Source of the DNA: an uncultured Rhodospirillaceae bacterium
Lineage (GTDB): Bacteria; Pseudomonadota; Alphaproteobacteria; UBA9219
Reading direction: 5' to 3'
Assembly (NCBI GenBank): GCA_964398175.1
Contig: CAYNLV010000001.1
Span: 1 to 47,176 of the forward strand
Length of the DNA: 47,176 bases
Below, piece after piece: positions 35,301 to 41,926 of the stretch. The position numbers were made by a program, and so were the translations under genes. The number at the start of each line of letters is the position of its first letter. Positions within the stretch are counted from its first letter, which is position 1. Under the pieces are notes generated by a model that searched no databases, was not told the origin of the DNA, and saw only the letters and a program-made list of their open reading frames with translations.

Positions 35301-35415
35301 CGACATTGCGGCGGCCCAATCCAGGATTACTGAAGTTGATATGTTCCGCGGTTTTCTGGATTCCTACCGCGCAGGCGGAGCGAAAGAAAAGAAAACGGAG
35401 AAGAAGAAAAAGTGA
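32362..35415 (+). CDS. Large secreted/periplasmic TPR-repeat protein (1017 aa), function unknown
   Basis: Signal peptide VIRLVFFGLAIAGWGASPQAAE. An AMIN-like N-terminal beta module (LRIGIHTDFDRLIFEG...VIVDIFG) is followed by a Thr/Pro/Ala/Lys-rich linker and then about 550 aa of TPR-like helical repeats. The tail is Lys-rich. Confidence 0.7.
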   Translation: MMPNLSLFPWRKVIRLVFFGLAIAGWGASPQAAEKTTSSAAVNLTLRIGIHTDFDRLIFEGPRGLDYEIHRDGTKVTIQFASPATINLSPVMKLTRAKRFTATGSNKPLAVSFTVAEGAIIKDLVNGSAVIVDIFGATETAKTEPNASGQTEPKNATTPAAATETTLASTATEKTGPALGPKAVPESEKAETKPETPAAETADTTKDNTDKKTAPSEKAASSLSTELGATPQLVASFDPKVKTGVAIFARGGICTILFDRKLTLTLAALTNGSIPAERLQTLELPQNTGYRFPVPPGVNVRASRNGTVWQIFLNKKHGEITVSTELISQPEYALGARQLLPVTDAPKPVKFTDPVVGDELIVAPLLDAFSVNTPRRMADYILMPAAQGLVIKPLHEKVVLQTVSDGIEITAEGGLKLSSAKDAGIRFSASKKAWAAASTKSMFDFAVWKGKPNENFTSNRQQLMQTIVDVPEIERNLARLELARFYFAHGMGREAMSLLDLLVQQAPDLVSHSEFLALRGAVRLLAGRTQDGLKDLSDPELIRQPEIELWRGIGAAQLRDWAAAEERFSFSESILNAYPEPFYSRFWVLAIEAALSVNKDQEAAEWLDRLEAQNYLPEIEPALRYLRGVLRSKAGHADMAESLWKSVAQANDRLYKIRAELALIDLGVATRSITPLQAVERLEGLRYAWRGDDLELDILHRLGSFYIEGKNYRPGLTVLAQAVRLFPDSPLTPGISAEMAKTFHDIFLGEEALVNMSPVEALTLYQDFQNIMPTGEEGIAVVRNLTERLVDVDLLDQAAQLLENQIKNLKGEEKVKTAARLAAIRLLDHKPEAAIAALDASKDDMPSSGASVADLQNERLLLRARAFSEQKKFDEALALLQDNTTAPAKLLRADITMRAQRWKDAALALLDMIGPPPKAGELVTKEQAQWLVNCAIAMSLDNDTAGLDKLAINFGPAMAGTPQSDSFRVLTRPEKTGELRDIAAAQSRITEVDMFRGFLDSYRAGGAKEKKTEKKKK

Positions 35416-35550
35416 AATACATGCAAGAGTATGTTTTTTCGATGCAAGCTTGAACACAAGAGTAACCAGCGTTTTTTCTTGGTTTTTATTCAATAAAAAT
35501 TAAATCTTGCGATTGCATGGTGATGGCTTCAACGCCCTTGGAAAAGCGCC

Positions 35551-36552
35551 ATGACTCTTTCGTATTACCAGCGCCCTGTTTTCGCCGCTGTTCTTATCGG
35601 CGGCGTTGTTCCTTTTTTAGCCTTATGGCCGCGCGTAAAGGGCGATGACCTCTTCGCGGTCTCGATCGCTGTTGGCGTTCTGTTGATCGGCGGATGGTGG
35701 TATAGCCGGCGCGTCGCGCGCCGTTTTCTTGGCCTTTTAGCCGCGCAATCATCGGCGGAGGAAGCCGCTCAAACAAATGCAGACGCGGTAAATATGCTGG
35801 CGGCCGTAAGGGAGAAGGCCAAAGCGACGCTTTTGCCGATTAGGGATGACGCAAGACGTTTAACCCAACTTACAGAGGAACATCAAAAACGCGCCAGCGA
35901 AACGACATCGTCGGCCGCGCGCGCGACGGAAAGCTCCACCATTATCGCCAGCGCGGTTGAGGAAATGAACAGCGCCATCCGGGAAATCGGCCGGCAGGCG
36001 GACGAAGCGGCCGGAATTACGCATTCTGCGGTTGACAAAGTGCAAGGCGCGGATGAGTCCGCAAACGCGCTTGCCGAACGCGCGGATCAGATTGTCACGG
36101 TTGTCGAGCTTATCCGTTCGGTTGCTGAGCGCACAAATCTGCTGGCGCTGAACGCCACGATCGAAGCGGCGCGCGCGGGCGAACATGGGCGCGGCTTTGC
36201 CGTTGTGGCGCAAGAAGTCAAAGCTTTGGCTAACCAGACGGCTGAAGCCACGGCGCAGATTGAGGCGCAGATCGGCGATGTGCGCTTGTCGTCGCAAATG
36301 ACGCGTGAAAACATGCAGGCGATCAATCAGGTTATTCAGCAAATCAACGCGATCACGCTTGCCATTAAAGGAGCCTTGCAGCAACAAACGGCGGCGACCA
36401 AGGAAATCGCGACAAGCGCGCAATCGGCGACGGCAGCCACAAATGGGGTCAACACAGGCATTTCACATCTGCTGGTCACAACCGAACAAATCCGCCGTGT
36501 TTGCGTGGATCTGGATGAAAAAGCGAGGGAACTCGACGGCGCTGTTGGTTAA
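35551..36552 (+). CDS. Methyl-accepting chemotaxis protein, minimal form (two TM segments plus signalling domain, almost no periplasmic loop, no obvious HAMP)
   Basis: The conserved hairpin tip reads [37 protein letters not shown]. Two TM segments lie within the first ~55 aa. Confidence 0.85.
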   Translation: MTLSYYQRPVFAAVLIGGVVPFLALWPRVKGDDLFAVSIAVGVLLIGGWWYSRRVARRFLGLLAAQSSAEEAAQTNADAVNMLAAVREKAKATLLPIRDDARRLTQLTEEHQKRASETTSSAARATESSTIIASAVEEMNSAIREIGRQADEAAGITHSAVDKVQGADESANALAERADQIVTVVELIRSVAERTNLLALNATIEAARAGEHGRGFAVVAQEVKALANQTAEATAQIEAQIGDVRLSSQMTRENMQAINQVIQQINAITLAIKGALQQQTAATKEIATSAQSATAATNGVNTGISHLLVTTEQIRRVCVDLDEKARELDGAVG

Positions 36553-36671
36553 TTTTGACTTCCTCTTCGCCGGTTTTAACGGCAAAAAAATAACATGAAT
36601 CCCTTTTTCTCTTTCCGGGATTTTGCTAAAAGATATTCGATTGAATGAACCGGTTTTTAGGGGAGAAAATT

Positions 36672-37106
36672 ATGAAAAAATCTTGCGGCAGCGTTTCGGA
36701 AGCCATCGATTTATTTATGGACGATATACCATCTAAAAGGGCGCTGGGCGCGGTTCGCCTTTATCTTCATTGCCGCGAGGGCGCCGTTCAGGAAGTTGAA
36801 TCGCGACCGGAGCTTGTTGAAAAAGCGGTTGCCTTTATTCAGGGCGGCGACAGGGAACAAATCAGGGATGGCGCCTTTCTTCTTTATGGGCTTGCGAAGC
36901 ACGGCGCGGCCTTAAAAGGTTTAGACGATGACAGACAATTTTTTTTAAGGCTTGCTGCGCTTTCGGTTGAACTTCCGCGGCATGTTGTTGTGGAAAAGTT
37001 GATGGCAAAGCTTGCTGAACAGAATCCGGAACGGCGGCACGATACGTTGATTCCTTTCTTCTTGAAGGAACAATCCTGGTTGCGCTTGCCGAAGGCAGCC
37101 CTCTAA
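36672..37106 (+). CDS. Hypothetical protein (144 aa)
   Basis: The ATG at 36672 has GGGAGA 5 nt upstream; the track start at 36645 is less likely. The protein looks helical (possibly HEAT-like) and I recognised no motif. Confidence 0.45.
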   Translation: MKKSCGSVSEAIDLFMDDIPSKRALGAVRLYLHCREGAVQEVESRPELVEKAVAFIQGGDREQIRDGAFLLYGLAKHGAALKGLDDDRQFFLRLAALSVELPRHVVVEKLMAKLAEQNPERRHDTLIPFFLKEQSWLRLPKAAL

Positions 37107-37453
37107 AAAATAGGGCAATTTAACATAACGTCTTCCCGCACGAAAACGTTAACCTTAAGAACCAGATACGTCTGTTCAAAACGGGCGAAAAGAGTGGTTA
37201 CGCAAAGCGTGTTTTCCGGCGACGAACGGGCACGTTGCTCGGTAAATAAAGGTACGCGGCTCCGTCCGAACGGGTGCGCCATCTGACGATTAGCCCTGTT
37301 TTCAAGCCCTGTAGGTTCGAAAAACCGCCGGAAAACGCACCTGCAGGTGTTAAATTCTTGCGCCGTTCAGCACCTGCGGGGCTTGGAAAAAACAGTGATT
37401 TCTGGTCCAGGAATTTTCTCGAAGTTACGAACCTGGAGGTGCGCTTTTTGACG

Positions 37454-38983
37454 CTATCGCACGAAGTTCAGGCACCGGTAACTAAGTGCCTCGGCGATGT
37501 GGATGCGCTGGACGCCATCCTGCCCCTCAAGATCGGCCAGCGTTCGCGCGACGCGCAAAACGCGATGGTAACCGCGCGCGGAAAGTTTAAATTTTTCAGT
37601 CGCTTGCGTCAAAAGCGCGCAACCTGCCTGATCGGGGGTGGCCACTTTTTCAAGCAATTCGCCGTCTACTTCGGCATTCGTGCGCAAGGGCGGCGCGTTA
37701 TCGTTCGTAAGCGCGGCATAGCGCTCTGTCTGGATAGCGCGGGCTTTAAGAATGCGCACGGCAACGGCGGCTGAATCCTCGCGCGGCGGCGGCAAGCTGA
37801 GGTCGGTGGGGCTGACGGCGGGAACATCCACATGGCAATCAATACGGTCGAGAAGTGGCCCTGAAATGCGCGATTGATAGTCCTGCGCGCATTTGGGTGC
37901 CCGCCCGCAACTCCGCGCCGGGTCCGCCACATAGCCGCATCGGCAAGGATTCATCGCCGCTACAAGTTGCACGCGCGCGGGATAGGTGATGTGATGATTG
38001 GCACGCGCGACTACGGCGCGTCCTGTCTCAAGCGGTTGCCGCAACGCTTCCAGCGTTTGGCGCTGAAACTCAGGCAACTCATCGAGGAATAAAACGCCGT
38101 TATGCGCGAGTGAAATTTCACCCGGCTTTGCGCGCAATCCGCCGCCGACAAGCGCAGGCGTTGAGGCGGAATGATGGGGATCCCGAAACGGGCGGTGACG
38201 CAAAAGCTTGCCGTCGTCAAGTAATCCCGCCAGCGAATGGATCATGGAAACCTCAAGCGCCTCGTCTGGCTCAAGCGGCGGCAAGATTCCCGGCAAACGC
38301 GCGGCAAGCATGCTTTTGCCTGAACCCGGCGGCCCGATCATAAGCAAGTTATGGCCGCCTGCGGCGCAAACTTCCAAGGCACGCTTGGCTGTTTCTTGTC
38401 CTTTAATATCGCGCAAATCCGGCGTGGGTCCCCTTTCATCCTGCAGGCGAGGTTCGGGGCGGGAGAGGACTTGCGTTCCCTTGAAATGGTTGATGATCGC
38501 TAAAAGAGAAGAGGCGGCAAGCACGTTTAGAGCTTCTCCCGCCCAAACGGCTTCGCCGCCGTTTTGGGCGGGACAAATCAGGCCGCGCCCATGGACATTG
38601 GCGGTAACGGCTGCCGGCAGAACGCCGGCGACAGGAGACAAAGCGCCATCCAACGCCAACTCGCCTAAAGCTGTGTATTGGGACATTTCCTCCGGCGGCA
38701 AAATACCCATGGCGGCAAGCGTGGAAAGCGCGATAGGAAGATCGAAATGGCTGCCTTCCTTGAGGACATCGGCAGGGGCAAGGTTGACCGTTATGCGCTT
38801 GGCGGGCAAGGCAAGACCCAAGGCATGAAGCGCGGCGCGAACGCGTTCGCGGCTCTCGGCCACGGCCTTGTCCGGCAGGCCAACAATGTTAAAGCATACA
38901 ACGCCGGACGACAGCTGCACCTGCACATCAATATCGAGCACATTCGTGCCTTCAAAAGCAACCGTGGCAACGCGGGCGACCAA
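37454..38983 (-). CDS. comM: YifB/ComM-family Mg-chelatase-like AAA+ ATPase
   Basis: TTG start. The N-terminal Lon-protease-like domain reads VDVQVQLSSG...IVGLPDKAVAESRERVRAAL. Walker A is MIGPPGSGKSMLA, Walker B is VLFLDELPEF. The C-terminal part reads RGYHRVLRVARTLADLEG. Confidence 0.9.
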   Translation of the reverse strand: MVARVATVAFEGTNVLDIDVQVQLSSGVVCFNIVGLPDKAVAESRERVRAALHALGLALPAKRITVNLAPADVLKEGSHFDLPIALSTLAAMGILPPEEMSQYTALGELALDGALSPVAGVLPAAVTANVHGRGLICPAQNGGEAVWAGEALNVLAASSLLAIINHFKGTQVLSRPEPRLQDERGPTPDLRDIKGQETAKRALEVCAAGGHNLLMIGPPGSGKSMLAARLPGILPPLEPDEALEVSMIHSLAGLLDDGKLLRHRPFRDPHHSASTPALVGGGLRAKPGEISLAHNGVLFLDELPEFQRQTLEALRQPLETGRAVVARANHHITYPARVQLVAAMNPCRCGYVADPARSCGRAPKCAQDYQSRISGPLLDRIDCHVDVPAVSPTDLSLPPPREDSAAVAVRILKARAIQTERYAALTNDNAPPLRTNAEVDGELLEKVATPDQAGCALLTQATEKFKLSARGYHRVLRVARTLADLEGQDGVQRIHIAEALSYRCLNFVR

Positions 38984-39072
38984 GCAAAAACCTATTTAAT
39001 AGTGAAAACTCAAGACGTTTTATTTGCTAACACGCCGGACTAGAAGCTGGCAAGGAAAGGAATGCCTTTGCA

Positions 39073-40023
39073 TTATTTCAATTTCAGCGCGTGCCGGTAG
39101 ACGTCGTTTTTCTTGGCGCCAGTGGTTTCAACGATAAACTCAACCGCATCGCGCAGGCTCATCGTCTTCATTTTTTGTTTAAGCAGAACGACAATATCGA
39201 TGGCTTTTGAAACGATTTTCTGTGCCGGACCGACAAGGATAACAATCTCGCCTTTCGGAGTTGGATGGGAACGGTAATACGCCGCTAAATTACCTAAGGT
39301 TTCAGCTTGGATATCCTCGTATAGCTTTGTTAATTCGCGGGCGACAACGGCTGGTCTTGTTGCGCCAAGGCGTTCGGCCAAATCGTCCAAAGTGGCGCAT
39401 AGCCGCGAAGACGCTTCGTAGAAAACAAGCGTTGCCGACACGTTTGCGTACTCGGAAATCGCTTTTTGGCGCGCCAAGTTTTTGGGAGGCAGGAAACCGG
39501 CAAAAAAGACCTTATCGGTTGGCAGCCCTGCCGTGACAAGGGCAGCCAAATGGGCGCTGGCCCCCGGTATGGCCGTCACAAAAAGATCTTCGGCGCGGCA
39601 AGCCTCGACCAACTTAAAGCCGGGATCGGAAACTAGCGGCGTGCCTGCGTCGCTGACCAAAGCTACGGACTCGCCCATTTTTACACGCGACAGGATCTCG
39701 GGCTGACGCTGGTCGGCATTATGGTCATAGTAGGAGAGAAGGGGTTTTTTGATGCCGTAGAGGTGCAGCAAAGTTCCGGTAACGCGCGTGTCTTCGCAGG
39801 CAATGACATCGGCTTTAGTTAATGTTTCCAGGGCGCGCAGTGAGATATCGCCCAGATTGCCGATTGGCGTTGAGACAATATACAAACCCGCGGGGAGTTT
39901 ACTTGCCGTTTCATTCCAGCTAGCCTTTACGATCTGGCGGGCCCATTGCGCGTAGTCCGGCGAGGTTTTTTTCTTCTTTCCTGTCTTTTTTTCGGGGGCC
40001 AACAATGCGGATTTTTTTGTCAT
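39073..40023 (-). CDS. rsmI: 16S rRNA (cytidine1402-2'-O)-methyltransferase RsmI
   Basis: LYIVSTPIGNLGDISLRALETLTKADVIACEDTR, VSDAGTPLVSDPG, and the ARELTKLYE motif. I chose the ATG at 40023. The track ORF extends 85 codons further into the divergent lpoA-like gene, which is implausible. Confidence 0.85.
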   Translation of the reverse strand: MTKKSALLAPEKKTGKKKKTSPDYAQWARQIVKASWNETASKLPAGLYIVSTPIGNLGDISLRALETLTKADVIACEDTRVTGTLLHLYGIKKPLLSYYDHNADQRQPEILSRVKMGESVALVSDAGTPLVSDPGFKLVEACRAEDLFVTAIPGASAHLAALVTAGLPTDKVFFAGFLPPKNLARQKAISEYANVSATLVFYEASSRLCATLDDLAERLGATRPAVVARELTKLYEDIQAETLGNLAAYYRSHPTPKGEIVILVGPAQKIVSKAIDIVVLLKQKMKTMSLRDAVEFIVETTGAKKNDVYRHALKLK

Positions 40024-41321
40024 GTCTGATGCTCGTATCGCTTCTGGTGATGGGCTGTTCGTCCCGTGACACTGTAAAGCAGAAAGCCTCTGTCGCACAG
40101 GCGCAAACACGCCCCTTACAGCAACCAACAGTAACGTCTCCCTCGGCTCAAACACCGGTAAGTGCGGGTTATGCGGCCTCTCGTCTGGATAGCCAGCCGT
40201 GGCCGCCCGGCATGGGCCAGCCTTTGTCCCAGGCCTCCTCAAGAAGCGCGTACCCGCAGAAAAAGTCGTTTTTTGCACCTGAGTCGGCCCTGCAGGGCTC
40301 CAATCAGCAACCCCAGAACGGTAAAGTTAAGGTGGCCATTTTGCTGCCTTTGACGGGTAAGAATTCCAATCTTGGACAAGCGATGCTGAACGCGGCGCAA
40401 CTGGCTGTGTTTGAGATGGCGAACAGCAATTTTGAGCTTATGCCGCGCGATACGGGAACGACCATGGAAAACGCGGTGCTGGCTGCTCGTGACGCCATAG
40501 CCAGCGAGGCGCAGTTGTTAATCGGGCCTCTTTTCGCGGCGGATGTTGCGGCGATAAAGCCCGTTGTGCAAACATCAAGTGTTAACATGCTTGCCTTGTC
40601 GACGGATGTTTCGTTGGCAGAACCCGGGACTTACATCATGGGCTTTGCCCCCGCGCCGCAGGTTGAACGTGTCATCGCCTATACTTCGCGAAAAGGCGCT
40701 CAGCACTTTGCGGCTCTTATCCCGAATGGGGCTTATGGCCAACTGGTGCAGCAAGCTTTTGAATCCGCCGTGCGTGATCAAAGAGGGACTGTCGTTATCA
40801 TGGAAGGCGTCGCGCGTATTCAGGAAATCATCACCAAACGCGATCAAATCGATGCGTTGTTGTTACCATTAGGCGGGAATGATTTACGGCAAGTGGTTAA
40901 TCAGCTGACCGCAGGCGGTGTCGATCCAAAGAAAATACGTATGCTGGGAACCGGGCTGTGGGATGAAGCCGGGCTTGGCAAGGCATTGCCGCTGCTTGTG
41001 GGCGGGTGGTATGCGACGGCGGAGCCTGACGCGCGCGAGGCGTTTAATAAGAATTTTGTGAAAACATATGGCCAAGAACCGCCGCGTCTGGCGACATTGT
41101 CCTATGATGCGACCGCGCTGGCGGCCGTTCTGGCGCAGCGGGGCGGGCACTTTGACCGGGTTTCGCTCAGCAATCCGAGTGGTTTTGCAGGGTTGGACGG
41201 CATCTTCCGCCTTACGCAGGATGGGTTGGCGGAGCGGGGGCTGGCGGTAAGTGAGGTGACGGAGAATGGCAGTAAAGTCGTCGACCCTGCGCCGTCAGTA
41301 TTCACGTCCGGAAGATATTGA
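40005..41321 (+). CDS. LpoA/LppC-like penicillin-binding protein activator (lipoprotein with a type-1 periplasmic binding fold)
   Basis: Lipobox LLVMGC. A Pro/Gln/Ser-rich linker is followed by VKVAILLPLTGKNSNLGQAMLNAAQLAV..., typical of LpoA/Leu-Ile-Val-binding folds. It is divergent from rsmI, as yraL-yraM are in E. coli. An alternative start lies at 40029. Confidence 0.65.
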   Translation: MRIFLSCLMLVSLLVMGCSSRDTVKQKASVAQAQTRPLQQPTVTSPSAQTPVSAGYAASRLDSQPWPPGMGQPLSQASSRSAYPQKKSFFAPESALQGSNQQPQNGKVKVAILLPLTGKNSNLGQAMLNAAQLAVFEMANSNFELMPRDTGTTMENAVLAARDAIASEAQLLIGPLFAADVAAIKPVVQTSSVNMLALSTDVSLAEPGTYIMGFAPAPQVERVIAYTSRKGAQHFAALIPNGAYGQLVQQAFESAVRDQRGTVVIMEGVARIQEIITKRDQIDALLLPLGGNDLRQVVNQLTAGGVDPKKIRMLGTGLWDEAGLGKALPLLVGGWYATAEPDAREAFNKNFVKTYGQEPPRLATLSYDATALAAVLAQRGGHFDRVSLSNPSGFAGLDGIFRLTQDGLAERGLAVSEVTENGSKVVDPAPSVFTSGRY

Positions 41322-41504
41322 AGCGATGCGTTAACCGAATAAACGACGGAATAGTCACGTCTATCGCGGTGGAAGCACGATGGATAAAATTTAGCCCAAA
41401 TTGATGAATATTCTTATTATTTCAATAGGTTGCGGCATGATAATTCATGCTTTTTTTACCACTCGTCCGTATTCTGAAATCATATTGATGGGGGAGATGT
41501 TTTT

Positions 41505-41705
41505 ATGGTTATTGGTTTTAGCGCGCTTATGATAGCCACGAAAACGGCCTGTTTTTACGCGGAATGCGAGCCAGACGAGCCCCAACGGGTACCGACTGCT
41601 GCAGCACCGAAAAGCAGCGAATATGCCGCTCAGCGGCCTACCAGACCAGCTTTCGGGCGTGTTTACGGGCGCAACAAACAAGCGCCTGAGCAATTAAATA
41701 GGTAA
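41505..41705 (+). CDS. Possible small membrane-anchored protein (66 aa)
   Basis: GGGGGAG lies 8 nt upstream of the ATG. It has a hydrophobic N-terminus (MVIGFSALMIATKTACFYA) and a Pro/Ala-rich tail. There is no homology evidence and it could be spurious. Confidence 0.25.
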   Translation: MVIGFSALMIATKTACFYAECEPDEPQRVPTAAAPKSSEYAAQRPTRPAFGRVYGRNKQAPEQLNR

Positions 41706-41777
41706 AGCTTTTCCGGAGACCCTAGAGCTAGACTCCCCGGCCCCTTGCTGCTAAACAGCCTTCCTGCCTTAAATAAC

Positions 41778-41853
<76 letters not shown>

Positions 41854-41926
41854 TCCTACGCTGCGATGTAGCTTCGGGTGGCAAGCCATAGCCAAAAACA
41901 ATCGGCAAACAAGCTATAAGTCGGCT

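Noticed and set aside
37274-37774. 166-aa plus-strand ORF running from the long spacer into comM
   Set aside because: Most of it is antisense to the well-supported comM gene. It has no RBS and a shadow-like composition.
40024-40278. 85-codon N-terminal extension of the rsmI ORF (track start 40278)
   Set aside because: The extension overlaps the lipoprotein signal and linker region of the divergent lpoA-like gene and has an Arg/Pro-rich shadow composition. The conserved RsmI core begins well downstream of the ATG at 40023.
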